The notes beneath the pieces are model-generated. The model had not been told where the DNA came from, ran no database searches, and was given only the letters and a program-made list of their open reading frames with translations. Below, piece by piece: positions 1 to 11,347 of a DNA stretch of 64,000 nucleotides. The position numbers and the translations under genes were made by a program. Source of the DNA: Chromatiales bacterium. GTDB lineage: Bacteria; Pseudomonadota; Gammaproteobacteria; SpSt-1174. The DNA is taken from NCBI GenBank assembly GCA_014762505.1, contig JABURS010000042.1, forward strand, positions 18,877 through 82,876. Direction: 5' to 3'. Position 1 is the stretch's first letter. Every line of letters begins with the position of its first letter.

Positions 1-1
1 G

Positions 2-280
2 GAGGACGACAAGTACCTCCAGTACTACGCCGTCTGGTCGCGCAACCGGCTGCGCCGGGCCGAGGCCCGTGGCGAGGTACCACGGGTGGAGGGACTGCGG
101 CTGCTGCTCGTCGGACATACCCCGCTGCGCCAGGCGGCACAGATGGAGAACATCTACTACCTGGACACCGCGGCCGCCTACTGGGAGGACGTGGACGGGG
201 CCAAGCTCAGCCTGCTGCAGTTCAGTCCCGGACTCGAGCTCACTGCCATGGAGACCCATGGCAGCCTGCGCGAATACTGA
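2..280 (+). CDS. Calcineurin-like metallophosphoesterase / Ser-Thr protein phosphatase 1-like, C-terminal fragment (5' end outside window)
   Basis: Frame 2 is open from the window edge to TGA 278-280. The sequence ...RLLLVGHTPLRQAAQMENIYYLDTAAAYWED... resembles the C-terminal GHTP and (I)DTGA motifs of PrpA/PrpB-type phosphatases. Confidence 0.55.
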   Translation, partial: EDDKYLQYYAVWSRNRLRRAEARGEVPRVEGLRLLLVGHTPLRQAAQMENIYYLDTAAAYWEDVDGAKLSLLQFSPGLELTAMETHGSLREY

Positions 281-292
281 GCCCGGCCGTAG

Positions 293-841
293 TCAGTCCG
301 CCTCGCCCAGACCCGTCGGCAGCCCGTCGATGCTCTCCTGGTTCTTGTCACGCTGATACTGCAGCAGTCCCTCCTCGCCCTTCTTCGCCGCCCAGCGGCC
401 GTACTCCTCCCGCTCGCCCCGGTAGTCCATCAACGGAACGCCAAAGCCACAGGAGGTCTGCACCGACTCGACGTGCAGCAGCACCACCTGGCGGCCACCC
501 GGGTGATCGGGAAACCGTCTGCTCAGGGCCTCCCAGCCGTCATCCGACGGCCGCCTCAGCTCGCCGCGCCCGTAGAGGCGCAGAATGAGCGGGCGCCCCT
601 CGAAGCTGCAGAACATGAACGTCAGCCGACCATCCTCGCGCACGTGAGCGGCCGTCTCCGCACCAAAACCGGTCAGGTCCAGGTAGCCCACGGTGTGCGC
701 ATCGAGCACCCGCAGGGTGTCCATGCCCTTGGGCGAGATGTTGATTCGTCCCTCACCGGGCGCAGAGCCCGTAAAGAAGAGATGCTGGCACTCAATGAAA
801 TCAATGTGTTCCTGGCTTAATTCCGTATAGATCCTACCCAT
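293..841 (-). CDS. Pyridoxamine 5'-phosphate oxidase-like (split-barrel FMN-binding) family protein
   Basis: This is the 182-aa tail of ORF 293..2155(-), starting at ATG 839-841 (MGRIYTELSQEHIDFIECQHLFFTGSAPGEGRINISPKG...). The composition and motifs look PNPOx-like. The upstream 440 aa of the ORF are antisense to the aminotransferase gene and judged spurious. Confidence 0.6.
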   Translation of the reverse strand: MGRIYTELSQEHIDFIECQHLFFTGSAPGEGRINISPKGMDTLRVLDAHTVGYLDLTGFGAETAAHVREDGRLTFMFCSFEGRPLILRLYGRGELRRPSDDGWEALSRRFPDHPGGRQVVLLHVESVQTSCGFGVPLMDYRGEREEYGRWAAKKGEEGLLQYQRDKNQESIDGLPTGLGEAD

Positions 842-877
842 ATACCCGCCCCGGTTTTCCGGCTTCCGCCGGTGTGG

Positions 878-928
878 TTGTACCTGACTCTGGCACTCCA
901 ATATACTCTGGCGAGCATTTTTCTCGCC
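878..928 (+). promoter_or_regulatory. Putative sigma70-type promoter plus adjacent hairpin upstream of the class-V aminotransferase gene
   Basis: TTGTAC (878-883), an 18-nt spacer and TATACT (902-907), followed by a GGCGAG-N7-CTCGCC hairpin (910-928). This rests on a motif match only. Confidence 0.3.
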
Positions 929-958
929 AAGACAAACAACGACTCCACTGGAGCACCC

Positions 959-2140
959 ATGACTGCACACTCCTTCCATCCCCCGGTCCGCACCCTGATG
1001 GGCCCCGGCCCCTCCGACGTCAATCCCCGCATCCTGGAGGCCATGTCGCGACCGACCATCGGTCACCTCGATCCGGTATTCGTCGGCATGATGGAAGAGA
1101 TGAAGTCGCTGCTGCAATACGCCTTCCAGACGAAGAACGAGCTCACCCTGCCCGTTTCTGCCCCCGGTTCGGCCGGCATGGAGACCTGTTTCGTGAACCT
1201 GGTCGAACCCGGCGACGAGGTCATCATCTGCCAGAACGGCGTGTTCGGCGGACGCATGAAGGAAAACGTCGAGCGCTGTGGCGGCAAGGCCATCATGGTC
1301 GAGGACGACTGGGGCAAGCCGGTGGACCTCAACAAACTGGAGGCCGCCCTCAAGGCCAACCCCGGGGCCGGCATCGTCGCCTTCGTGCACGCCGAGACCT
1401 CGACCGGCGCGCAGTCCGATGCCGAGGCCATCGCCAGACTGGCCCACGCCCACGACTGCCTGGTGATCGCCGACACCGTGACCTCGCTGGGCGGCACCCC
1501 GCTCAAGGTCGACGAATGGGGCATCGACGCCATCTACTCCGGCACCCAGAAGTGCCTGTCCTGCGTGCCCGGCCTGTCGCCGGTCTCCTTCGGCGAACGC
1601 GCCGTGGAACGCATCAAGGGCCGCAAGACGAAGGTCCAGAGCTGGTTCCTCGACCTCAACCTGGTGATGGGCTACTGGGGTGGCGGCGCCAAGCGCGCCT
1701 ATCACCACACCGCGCCCATCAACACCCTCTACGCCCTGCACGAGGCCCTGGTGCTGCTGCAGGAGGAAGGCCTGGAAAACGCCTGGGCACGCCACCGCAA
1801 GAACCACGAGGCCCTCAAGGCCGGTGTCGAGGCCATGGGCCTGTCCTTCTTCGTCGAGGAGGCCCATCGCCTGCCGCAGCTCAACGCCATCACCGTGCCG
1901 GACGGGGTCGACGAGGCCGCCGTGCGCAGCGCCCTGCTGAAGGAATACAGCCTGGAGATCGGTGCCGGCCTGGGCCCGATGGCGGGCAAGATCTGGCGCG
2001 TCGGCCTGATGGGCTTTGCCAGCAACCCGAAGAACGTGCTGTTCTGCCTGGGGGCGCTGGACAGCGTGCTCGGCGGCATGGGTGCCGACATCGACAGCGG
2101 CAAGGCGGTGGCCGCCGCACGGGCCGTCTACGGCGCCTGA
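959..2140 (+). CDS. Class-V aminotransferase (serine-glyoxylate / alanine-glyoxylate / serine-pyruvate aminotransferase type)
   Basis: ORF 872..2140. ATG 959 is preceded by GGAG (950-953). The PLP-lysine context is YSGTQKCL, and the length and overall sequence are typical of SGAT/AGXT-like enzymes. Confidence 0.85.
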   Translation: MTAHSFHPPVRTLMGPGPSDVNPRILEAMSRPTIGHLDPVFVGMMEEMKSLLQYAFQTKNELTLPVSAPGSAGMETCFVNLVEPGDEVIICQNGVFGGRMKENVERCGGKAIMVEDDWGKPVDLNKLEAALKANPGAGIVAFVHAETSTGAQSDAEAIARLAHAHDCLVIADTVTSLGGTPLKVDEWGIDAIYSGTQKCLSCVPGLSPVSFGERAVERIKGRKTKVQSWFLDLNLVMGYWGGGAKRAYHHTAPINTLYALHEALVLLQEEGLENAWARHRKNHEALKAGVEAMGLSFFVEEAHRLPQLNAITVPDGVDEAAVRSALLKEYSLEIGAGLGPMAGKIWRVGLMGFASNPKNVLFCLGALDSVLGGMGADIDSGKAVAAARAVYGA

Positions 2141-2164
2141 CCGGCCAACCCGCAAGCCCCAAGG

Positions 2165-2191
2165 AAAAGGCCCGGCATGTCCGGGCCTTTT
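2165..2191. terminator. Bidirectional rho-independent terminator hairpin
   Basis: AAAAGGCCCGG-catgt-CCGGGCCTTTT is a perfect 11-bp stem with A/T runs on both sides. It lies between convergent genes ending at 2140(+) and 2201(-). Confidence 0.8.
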
Positions 2192-2200
2192 CGCGTCTGG

Positions 2201-2470
2201 CTAACCGCCGGCCCCCGGGTCGTCCGTCAGCGGCTCGAGGCCCACACGGGGCGGCGGATTACATGGGACAGCGCTGAATCGTTTTGCCACTTCCGCCGCT
2301 GCGGGCGGAAAATAGATCGTCACCCGGCAATGCAGGCCATCCCCCAGGCGGCTGTAGCGGTAGGCGCCCGTAGCCCCCTGCCCGGCATCCAGGCAGGCCT
2401 GGCGGACGGCCTCGCAAAGGTCCTCCGCCACGAGCGCATCCCCCGCCTCCAGGCGCCACCAGTGCGTCAT
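2201..2470 (-). CDS. Hypothetical 89-aa protein, translationally coupled to the upstream GGDEF-EAL gene
   Basis: ATG 2468-2470 overlaps the TGA (2467-2469) of the upstream gene as ATGA. Amino-acid composition is normal, unlike the Arg-rich alternative frames. I recognise no family. Confidence 0.45.
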   Translation of the reverse strand: MTHWWRLEAGDALVAEDLCEAVRQACLDAGQGATGAYRYSRLGDGLHCRVTIYFPPAAAEVAKRFSAVPCNPPPRVGLEPLTDDPGAGG

Positions 2471-4599
2471 GTCGATGGCTGGATATATGGCGCGGCCGGT
2501 GCGAACTCGCGCAGCAGGGATTCCAGCACCTGGGCCGAGCGCGGACGGGCGAAATAGAATCCCTGCGCCAGCTCGCAGCCCGCCTCCCTGAGGAGTTCGG
2601 CCTGCTGCCGGGTCTCCACCCCTTCGGCAATGACACTCAAACCCAGTGCCTCGGCCATGGACAACATCGTGTTGACCAGCAGCCCGTAGGTCTCATCCTC
2701 TCCCAGCCGTGAGACAAAGCTGCGATCGATCTTGAGGGCATCGATGTTGAGGCTTGCCAGGTACTCCAGCGTCGAGTAGCCGGTACCGAAGTCGTCGAGA
2801 TAGATGCGAAAGCCGTGCTCGCGCAATTCGCTCAGCAACTCGTTGGCCCGCACGGGATCAGCCAGCAGGCTGGTCTCGGTGATCTCCAGGGCGATACCGG
2901 CGGCGGTCTCGTGCGACTGGTTCGCCAGCACGCGCATCTGCTGCACGAAGGCCGAGCTGTCGAGCTGGCGTGCCGAGACATTCACGGCGATCTGCAGTTC
3001 GGGGAGCCCCTCGCCACGCCATGCCTGGGCCTGCCACCAGGCCTGTTCCACCGTCCACAAACCGATTTCGCCGATCAACCCGCTCTCCTCGGCGACGGGG
3101 ATGAAGCGACCGGGGGGCACATTGCCCAGCGACGGCGAGCGCCAGCGCAGCAAGGCCTCGGCACCACGCAACAGGCCCGTTTGCAGCTCCACCACCGGTT
3201 GATAGTAGAGCTCGAAACCCCGATCGCGCACGGCATCGCGCAGCGCCTGCTCCAGGAGCATGCGCTCGGCGTAGGCGCGATCCTCCTCCACCGAGTAAAA
3301 GTGCACGACGTCATTGCTGGCATGCCCGCGGGCATTGACCGTGAGCATGGCCGCGCGCACCAGCTCATCCGCCGTCTCCGCGTCCTGTGGACAGGAGGCG
3401 ACTCCTGCACCGGCACTGACCTCCAACGTCTCATCGTTGAGCACCAGCTTGAGTGGGAACACGTCCATGACCTCCCGGGTCAACACATAGAGCTGGTCCA
3501 GGTCTGCCAGTTCGGGCGCCATCACGGCAAACTCGTGGCTACCCAGTCGCGCCAGGGTATCTCCGGGGCGCAGCCGGTTGCCCAGTGTATCTGCCACCGC
3601 GCGCAACACCTCGTCACCCACGCCATGGCCATGCAGGTCATTGATGCGGCGAAATCCCTGCACATTGATTACCATCAACCCCACCGAATCACCGGGCCGA
3701 TGGTGGGCAATGGCCTGGTCGATACGATCACGCAGATAGCTCTCGTTGGGCAGCTGGGTCACCGGATCATGTCGGGCAAGGTAGTCCAGACGTTGCGCCT
3801 TGCTGATAACGTCCAGCCCCAGTCCCACGTCGTTCGACATCTCGTCGAGCAGCCGTAACTCGGCATCATCGAAGGCAGACGGGTCGCGCGAGAGCAGTAC
3901 CATCACGGCCGAGAGCCGGTCTTCGGCACTGACCGGAAAGGCCGCCAGGGCTCGAAATCCGCAACTCGACGCCCAGGTACACCAGGTATCGCAGAGTGCC
4001 TCATCCGACAGGTCGGTGGCCACGAAGGCGCGGCGTTCCCTGATGAGCCGTGTCAGGGCCGAGTCGGGCCGGTGCACCATGCGCGCCCGCATGGCGCGCC
4101 CCAGCCAGCCGCGGTCGTCGCCGGCCCGCGCCACCGTTGCAAAGCCACGGCCGTCGGCCTCGGGCACTGCCAGCCAGGCAAAGTCGAAGCCGCCCAGTTC
4201 AACACAGATGCGACAGGCCTCCCCGGCCAGTTCGTCGCGCTCGCGTATGCGCACGATGCTGCCGTTGATTGCACTGAGCATGCGATAGCCGCGATTGAGC
4301 CGGGCCAGGGCCTCCTGGTGCTCCTGCAAGGCCTGATTCTGGGCGAAGAGATGACGGCCATAGTGATAAACGAGGAGAGACAGCAAGGCGGCAGTGAGAG
4401 CGACATAAAACCACCCCTTCAGCGTCTGCAGTTCCGTGAGCATGCGCGCATCGGTGGCAATCGCCCCGACCAGCCGATCGGAAAAGAGTATCCACAGGCC
4501 ACCGATAACGGCGTAGAAAAGGCCGATCCAGAGGGCGGCAACGGCCGGCGTCAGGGTCTGGGACCGTGTGCGCCGTCGGTCTGCGAGCGGTAATTTCAT
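2467..4599 (-). CDS. Membrane-anchored GAF / degenerate-GGDEF / EAL c-di-GMP phosphodiesterase-type signalling protein
   Basis: ORF 2467..4722. The first ATG is at 4599 (MKLPLADRR...); the longer form would start at a TTG in a codon-atypical stretch. There are two N-terminal hydrophobic helices and a GAF-like middle region. The GGDEF site reads GSHEF with RPGD five residues upstream. The EAL set is intact (EALLRW, NVSA, EITE, DDFGTGYS, KIDRSF, EGVE, QGFYF). Confidence 0.85.
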   Translation of the reverse strand: MKLPLADRRRTRSQTLTPAVAALWIGLFYAVIGGLWILFSDRLVGAIATDARMLTELQTLKGWFYVALTAALLSLLVYHYGRHLFAQNQALQEHQEALARLNRGYRMLSAINGSIVRIRERDELAGEACRICVELGGFDFAWLAVPEADGRGFATVARAGDDRGWLGRAMRARMVHRPDSALTRLIRERRAFVATDLSDEALCDTWCTWASSCGFRALAAFPVSAEDRLSAVMVLLSRDPSAFDDAELRLLDEMSNDVGLGLDVISKAQRLDYLARHDPVTQLPNESYLRDRIDQAIAHHRPGDSVGLMVINVQGFRRINDLHGHGVGDEVLRAVADTLGNRLRPGDTLARLGSHEFAVMAPELADLDQLYVLTREVMDVFPLKLVLNDETLEVSAGAGVASCPQDAETADELVRAAMLTVNARGHASNDVVHFYSVEEDRAYAERMLLEQALRDAVRDRGFELYYQPVVELQTGLLRGAEALLRWRSPSLGNVPPGRFIPVAEESGLIGEIGLWTVEQAWWQAQAWRGEGLPELQIAVNVSARQLDSSAFVQQMRVLANQSHETAAGIALEITETSLLADPVRANELLSELREHGFRIYLDDFGTGYSTLEYLASLNIDALKIDRSFVSRLGEDETYGLLVNTMLSMAEALGLSVIAEGVETRQQAELLREAGCELAQGFYFARPRSAQVLESLLREFAPAAPYIQPST

Positions 4600-4851
4600 A
4601 CCGGGCCGGGTCGTTCCATGCAGGGCAACACTACCGAGCTTAGCAGCTCGGCGAAAAAACCAACCATTCGACTGGGATTTGCCCCTGTTGCGGAGGGCGC
4701 GGGAGCTGGTGAGCGGGGACAAACCACAGCAAGCAGACGGGCACGGCCCATGTGATTTGCTACAGAGGACACAGAGATGTGTCGATTTCGTGATTTTACT
4801 CTGTGAACCCTGCGTCTTCTGTGACTGGACTGCCGCCCCTCGCCTAAGGCC

Positions 4852-6180
4852 TCAGGTCTTCCTCGCCCGGTCCCGCTGGCGCAGCTCGGCCAGCTTTTCC
4901 CGGATCCTGATCTCGAGCCCCCGCTCCACCGGCTCGTAAAAGCGCAGGTCGCCCAGCTCCTCCGGCAGATAGCGTTCCCCGGCGGCATAGCCGTCTGCCT
5001 CGTCGTGGGCATAGCGGTAGCCGTCGCCGTGCCCCAGTTCCTTCATGAGTTTCGTCGGCGCGTTGCGGATGTGCATGGGCACCTCCAGGCTGCCCGATTC
5101 GCGGGCCACGCTCATGGCCTGGTTGTAGGCCTTGTAGACGGCATTGCTCTTGGGCGCGACGGCGAGATAGACGATGGCCTGTGCGAGGGTGAGCTCGCCC
5201 TCGGGGCTGCCCAGGCGTTCGTAGGTATCCCAGGCATCGAGCGCGAGCGACAGCCCGCGGGGATCGGCGTTGCCGATGTCCTCGCTGGCCATGCGCACCA
5301 CGCGACGCGCGATATAGACCGGGTCGCAGCCGCCATCCAGCATGCGGCAGAACCAGTAGAGCGCCGCATCCGGGTCGGAGCCGCGCACCGACTTGTGCAG
5401 GGCCGAGATCTGGTCGTAGAAGTAGTCGCCGCCCTTGTCGAATCGGCGCAGGCTCTGGCTGGTCACCTCGACGATGGTGTCGGTGCCGATCTGCCCTGCC
5501 CCGTCCGTGCCTGGCTCGGCGAGATCCGCGGCGATCTCCAGCAGGTTGAGTGCGCGCCGGGCATCGCCGTCCGCGGCCTTCGCCAGCAGCTCGCGCGCGG
5601 CCGGGTCGATGGTCAGCTCGCGATCGCCCAGACCCTGCTCGCTGTCGGTCAGGGCGCGATCGATGATGCGCGCGATGTCCTCCTCGGTGAGCGACTTGAG
5701 GACGTAGGTGCGCACGCGAGAGAGCAGCGCGTTGTTCAGTTCGAAGGAGGGGTTTTCGGTGGTGGCACCGATGAAGAAGATGGTGCCGTCCTCTATATGC
5801 GGCAGGAAGGCATCCTGCTGCGACTTGTTGAAGCGATGCACCTCGTCGACGAAGAGCACGGTGCGCCGCCCCTGCTGGTCGCGTGCCAGGCGCGCCTGCT
5901 CGATGGCGGCACGGATGTCCTTCACGCCCGAGAGCACGGCGGAGAGCGAGAGGAACTGTGCGCCGCAGTAATTGGCGATGAGCTTGGCCAGCGTGGTCTT
6001 GCCTGTGCCCGGCGGGCCCCAGAAGACCATCGAGTGCAGGCGGTCCTCCTCGATCGCCTTGCGCAGCGGCTTGCCGGGGGCCAGCAGATGACCCTGCCCG
6101 GCGTAGTCGTCCAGGTGCCGCGGCCGCATGCGATCGGCCAGCGGCTTGAAGTCGTTGCCGTCCTGTGCGAACAGGTCCAT
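4852..6180 (-). CDS. rarA: Replication-associated recombination protein A (AAA+ ATPase RarA/MgsA)
   Basis: 442 aa with Walker [10 protein letters not shown] and full-length RarA-like sequence. It occupies the conserved position downstream of lolA. Confidence 0.95.
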   Translation of the reverse strand: MDLFAQDGNDFKPLADRMRPRHLDDYAGQGHLLAPGKPLRKAIEEDRLHSMVFWGPPGTGKTTLAKLIANYCGAQFLSLSAVLSGVKDIRAAIEQARLARDQQGRRTVLFVDEVHRFNKSQQDAFLPHIEDGTIFFIGATTENPSFELNNALLSRVRTYVLKSLTEEDIARIIDRALTDSEQGLGDRELTIDPAARELLAKAADGDARRALNLLEIAADLAEPGTDGAGQIGTDTIVEVTSQSLRRFDKGGDYFYDQISALHKSVRGSDPDAALYWFCRMLDGGCDPVYIARRVVRMASEDIGNADPRGLSLALDAWDTYERLGSPEGELTLAQAIVYLAVAPKSNAVYKAYNQAMSVARESGSLEVPMHIRNAPTKLMKELGHGDGYRYAHDEADGYAAGERYLPEELGDLRFYEPVERGLEIRIREKLAELRQRDRARKT

Positions 6181-6193
6181 TGCGCGCCTGTCC

Positions 6194-6823
6194 CTATTCC
6201 CCGCGGATCACGTCCACACCGGGCGGCGCCTCGAAGCGAAAGTCGGCGGCAGAGATCTGCTCGTTCACCCGCATGTTGGAAAAACGAATCACCGTGCGCT
6301 GACCGAACTGGTCGAACAGCACCATCTGTTTCAGCCCCTCGCTGTCCAGCCCGAAGCGGATGCGATGAAAGTCGGTGTCCTTCATCTTCGGCACGATCAC
6401 CACCCAGTCCATGTCGCCATCGGTGGTCTCCTCGATGATGGTGAAGTCCTCGCCCAGCGGCCGACTCTCGCTGAGCAGCACGATGGGGGTGGAGCCCAGG
6501 GCCTCGCCCATGCCGCGAACACTCGCCTGTGCCAGCTCCCTGTCGTAGATCCAGACGAACTGGCCGTCGGCCACGATGGTCTGGCTGAAGGGGGTCTCAT
6601 AATCCCAGCGAAAGCGCCCGGGACGCAGCAGCTTCATGCGTCCGGCCGCCTCCTGCACGATGACATCGTCCTCGTCGGTGACCGTCTGGGTGAAATCCGC
6701 CTTCAGGGTAACGACGTTCTGGAAGAAGAAATCGAGACGCTCCTCGCCACGTCCCGCCCAGGCGGACTGGGCGGCAAGCAGCAGGAGCAGCAACAGGGTT
6801 TGAAGCAGTGGTTTCATCATCAT
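6194..6823 (-). CDS. lolA: Outer-membrane lipoprotein carrier protein LolA
   Basis: 209 aa with a signal peptide ([23 protein letters not shown]) and LolA-like sequence. The start overlaps the ftsK stop (ATGA at 6820-6823). Confidence 0.9.
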   Translation of the reverse strand: MMMKPLLQTLLLLLLLAAQSAWAGRGEERLDFFFQNVVTLKADFTQTVTDEDDVIVQEAAGRMKLLRPGRFRWDYETPFSQTIVADGQFVWIYDRELAQASVRGMGEALGSTPIVLLSESRPLGEDFTIIEETTDGDMDWVVIVPKMKDTDFHRIRFGLDSEGLKQMVLFDQFGQRTVIRFSNMRVNEQISAADFRFEAPPGVDVIRGE

Positions 6824-9129
6824 CCTTTCGGCGGCGCAGGCGCCAGCACTTCACGTTGACCGTTGGATTGCAGGGGGCCCACCACGCCGGCCGCCTCCAT
6901 GTCTTCCACCATGCGCGCGGCGCGGTTGTAACCGACCTTGAGGCGTCGCTGCACGTAGGAGATGGAGGCCTTGCGCGACTCGGTGACGATGGCCACCGCC
7001 TGGTCGTAGAGCGGATCGCTCTCGGCATCGCCCTCGATGGGCTCGAGACCCGGCACGCCATCGCCGCCGCCCAGCGGTTCCTGTAGGACTTCCTCGATGT
7101 AATTCGGTTCGCCGCAGCCGCGCAGGTAGTCCACCACCTTGTGCACCTCCTGGTCGGAGACGAAGGCCCCGTGCACGCGCACCGGGTGTGCCGTGCCCGG
7201 CGGCAGGTACAACATGTCGCCGTGCCCCAGCAGCTGCTCGGCGCCCATCTGGTCGAGGATGGTGCGCGAGTCCACGCGCGAGGACACCTGGAAGGCGACG
7301 CGGGTCGGGATGTTGGCCTTGATGAGGCCGGTGATCACGTCCACCGACGGACGCTGCGTGGCGAGGATGAGATGGATCCCGGCGGCACGCGCCTTCTGCG
7401 CGAGCCGCGCGATGAGTTCCTCCACCTTCTTGCCCACCACCATCATCATGTCGGCGAACTCGTCCACCACGATGACGATGAACGGCAGGGTCTCGAGCTC
7501 CGGCGGGCCCGCCTCGGGATCGAAGGCGCGTGCCGCATCCCACAGCGGGTCGCGGATCGGCTCGCCCTTCTCCCGGGCGTCCTTCACCTTGCGGTTGTAG
7601 CCGGTGATGTTGCGCACGCCGAGCGCCGACATCAGCTTGTAGCGGCGCTCCATCTCGGCCACGCACCAGCGCAGGCCGTTGGCGGCCTCCTTCATGTCGG
7701 TGACCACGGGCGCCAGCAGGTGCGGAATACCTTCGTATACCGACAGCTCGAGCATCTTGGGGTCGATCAGGATCAAGCGGACCTGCTCCGGTGTGGCCTT
7801 GTAGAGCAGGCTAAGCAGCATGGCATTAACCGCAACTGACTTGCCCGAACCGGTGGTGCCCGCCACCAGCAGGTGCGGCATCTTGGCCAGATCGGCCACC
7901 GTGGCGGCCCCGCTGATGTCCTTGCCCAGCGCCAGGGTGAGTGCCGAGGCCGACTTGTCGTAGGCCGCCGACTCCAGGATCTCGCCCAGGGTGACGATCT
8001 CGCGGTTCTCGTTAGGGATCTCCAGCCCCACGGTGGGCTTGCCCGGGATCACCTCGACAATGCGTACGCTCACCACGGACAGGGCGCGCGCCAGGTCCTT
8101 CACCAGGTTGGTGATCTTGTTCACCTTGAGCCCCGGCGCAGGCTGCAGCTCGAAGCGCGTGATCACCGGCCCGGGATGCACGGCCACCACCTCCACCTCG
8201 ATGCCGAAGTCTCTCAGCTTGAGCTCCACCTGGCGGGACATGGCCGCCAGGGCCTCTTCGGAGTAATTGCCGCGGCGCTCGGGTGCCGGGTCCAGCAGGG
8301 CGAACGGCGGCAGACCGCCCTCACCCCCCTTGGCCTCGAACAGCGGAATCTGCTTCTCCTTTTCCACCCGTACGCTGGGCTCGGGCTTGGTGATCACCGG
8401 CTCGATGCGCGGCTTCTTGCGCTCGGCCTTCTTCACCTTCTCCTTGAGAAAGCTCTCCTCACGCTCCTGGCGCACCTGCCGTGCCGCGCGCCGCTCGCGC
8501 AGCTCGTTGATGCGTCCCTGCACCCAGGCCATCGCATCCAGGGTGAGACGCCCGGTGAGGTCCATCACCGCCAGCCAGGAGATGCCGGTAAAGAGGGTGA
8601 GGCCGAAGAGGAACAGGGCGAGCAGGATGACCGTGGTGCCGACGAGGTTCAGCACGCCCTCCATGCCCAGGCCGACGACGTCACCGAGGATGCCGCCGGC
8701 GAACATGGGCAGGCTGCCCGGGGCGAAGTGCAGTGCCGCCAGCCCGCAGCCGGCGGCCAGGGTGACCAGAAACCCGGCCCAGCGCAGGCCGAGGGTACGC
8801 AGGTCCAGGCTGCCATCCTCGTTGCGCCCGCGGTACACCAGCAGGCCGCTGTAGGCCACGATCACCGGGGCGAGGAAGGCCAGGTAGCCGAACAGGGAGA
8901 ACAGCACGTCGGCGAACCAGGCCCCGGCCACGCCACCGAGGTTGGCGGCATCGGCATGTCCGGTGCCGGTATGCGACCAGCCGGGATCGGCCGGGTCGTA
9001 GCTCAGCAGCGCGATCGCCAGGTAAAGTCCTGCCGCGACCAGCACGACCAGCGCCCCCTCGCGCAGGCCATGGCCCACGTGCACGCGCAGCGGGCGGCGC
9101 TCCGACTTCTTGGAAGTGGCTTGTGCCAA
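6820..9129 (-). CDS. ftsK: DNA translocase FtsK
   Basis: 769 aa with N-terminal TM helices, a charged linker, Walker A GTTGSGKS and a C-terminal gamma domain. The apparent start is TTG at 9127-9129, with no nearby in-frame ATG. Confidence 0.95.
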   Translation of the reverse strand: MAQATSKKSERRPLRVHVGHGLREGALVVLVAAGLYLAIALLSYDPADPGWSHTGTGHADAANLGGVAGAWFADVLFSLFGYLAFLAPVIVAYSGLLVYRGRNEDGSLDLRTLGLRWAGFLVTLAAGCGLAALHFAPGSLPMFAGGILGDVVGLGMEGVLNLVGTTVILLALFLFGLTLFTGISWLAVMDLTGRLTLDAMAWVQGRINELRERRAARQVRQEREESFLKEKVKKAERKKPRIEPVITKPEPSVRVEKEKQIPLFEAKGGEGGLPPFALLDPAPERRGNYSEEALAAMSRQVELKLRDFGIEVEVVAVHPGPVITRFELQPAPGLKVNKITNLVKDLARALSVVSVRIVEVIPGKPTVGLEIPNENREIVTLGEILESAAYDKSASALTLALGKDISGAATVADLAKMPHLLVAGTTGSGKSVAVNAMLLSLLYKATPEQVRLILIDPKMLELSVYEGIPHLLAPVVTDMKEAANGLRWCVAEMERRYKLMSALGVRNITGYNRKVKDAREKGEPIRDPLWDAARAFDPEAGPPELETLPFIVIVVDEFADMMMVVGKKVEELIARLAQKARAAGIHLILATQRPSVDVITGLIKANIPTRVAFQVSSRVDSRTILDQMGAEQLLGHGDMLYLPPGTAHPVRVHGAFVSDQEVHKVVDYLRGCGEPNYIEEVLQEPLGGGDGVPGLEPIEGDAESDPLYDQAVAIVTESRKASISYVQRRLKVGYNRAARMVEDMEAAGVVGPLQSNGQREVLAPAPPKG

Positions 9130-9167
9130 AGTAATATTCGCTCTTAAGTAGTTCTTGTAATAGCTTG

Positions 9168-9173
9168 ATTATA
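9168..9173 (-). promoter_or_regulatory. Candidate -10 box (perfect TATAAT) for ftsK, overlapping the ald stop codon
   Basis: The minus strand reads cgcgTATAATcaagc about 40 nt upstream of the ftsK start, in the most AT-rich spacer of this region. No good -35 is present. Confidence 0.3.
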
Positions 9174-10239
9174 CGCGGGATAGTTCCTCGCGAACACCCG
9201 GGTGCACATAGGCGCCATCGCGCACGTTCACGCCCGTGGCAAGCGCCGCGTCGCGCTCCCAGCCCGCTGCCGCCAGGCGCAGCACATAGGGTACCAGAAC
9301 CGCCGACAGGGCCTGCGACGAAGTGCGCGGAACCGCCCCCGGCATGTTGGTGACGGTAAAGTGCAGCACCCCCTCCTCCACGTAGGCGCCTTCCTCGTAG
9401 GTGGTGGGCCGGGTGGTCTCGGCACAGCCCCCCTGGTCCACCGAGACATCGGCCAGCACGCTGCCCCGCGGCATGGCCCGCACCATCTCGCGGGTGATCA
9501 CCCGCGGGGCATGCCGCCCGGGCACCAGCACGGCGCCCACGGTCAGGTCCGCGCCGTGCAGGGCCTCGGCGACATCATCGCCAAAGGCCTGCAGCCCGGT
9601 GACGTTCGGCCCGATGGCGCGGGCCGCCTCCAGCCGGTCGCGGCGCTTGTCGAAGACCGTCACGCGGGCCCCCATGCCGGCGGCGAGCCGGGCCGCGGTG
9701 AGGCCCACATGCCCCGCCCCCACCACGACCACGTGGCCGCGCGTGGTCCCCGCCACGCCGCCCAGCAGCACCCCGCGCCCGCCCTGCGGCTGCAGCAGCA
9801 ACTGCGCCCCCATCTGCACGGCGATGCGCCCGGCGATGTCACTCATGGGCGCCAGCAGAGGCAGCCCGCCGTCCTCCTCCAGGGTCTCGAAGGCCACGGC
9901 AGTGAGGCCGATCTCGCGCAGGCGCTCGCCCAGTGCCGGCGCCGCCGCCAGGTGCAGGAAACAAAACAGGCAGTGATGGGGTCTGAGCAACGCGAGGTCG
10001 GCCTCCACCGGCTCCTTGACCTTCACGATCAGTTCACCCTGGGCATACAGACTTGCCGCATCCGGCAGCACAGTCACTCCGGCGGCCTGGTAGTCGGCAT
10101 CGGCATACCCGGCCCTGGTCCCGGCTCCGGACTCGATGAAGACCTCGTGGCCGGCTGCGATCAGTGCACCGCAGGCCGCCGGGATCAGGGCCACGCGGCC
10201 CTCGGCCGGCTTGATCTCGCGGGGAATGGCTATGTGCAT
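9169..10239 (-). CDS. ald: Alanine dehydrogenase
   Basis: ORF 9169..10254. ATG 10237-10239 (MHIAIPREIK...) is preceded by AAGGAG. The NAD-binding motif is VVVVGAGHVGLTAA, and KVKEP and PMSDIAG motifs are typical of Ald. Confidence 0.9.
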   Translation of the reverse strand: MHIAIPREIKPAEGRVALIPAACGALIAAGHEVFIESGAGTRAGYADADYQAAGVTVLPDAASLYAQGELIVKVKEPVEADLALLRPHHCLFCFLHLAAAPALGERLREIGLTAVAFETLEEDGGLPLLAPMSDIAGRIAVQMGAQLLLQPQGGRGVLLGGVAGTTRGHVVVVGAGHVGLTAARLAAGMGARVTVFDKRRDRLEAARAIGPNVTGLQAFGDDVAEALHGADLTVGAVLVPGRHAPRVITREMVRAMPRGSVLADVSVDQGGCAETTRPTTYEEGAYVEEGVLHFTVTNMPGAVPRTSSQALSAVLVPYVLRLAAAGWERDAALATGVNVRDGAYVHPGVREELSRV

Positions 10240-10290
10240 CCGGGGCTCCTTCACAGGTTGGTGCTGTGGGTTCTGCGCTTTACGCCCTGA

Positions 10291-11340
<1,050 letters not shown>

Positions 11341-11347
11341 GCCCATG

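Noticed and set aside
4600-4722. An N-terminal extension of the GGDEF-EAL protein from the TTG at 4720-4722
   Set aside because: The extension uses atypical low-GC3 codons (aat ggt tgg ttt ttt cgc cga gct gct aag) and encodes a non-descript basic peptide. The first ATG (4599) sits just before the first TM helix, so I preferred it, but the start is not certain.
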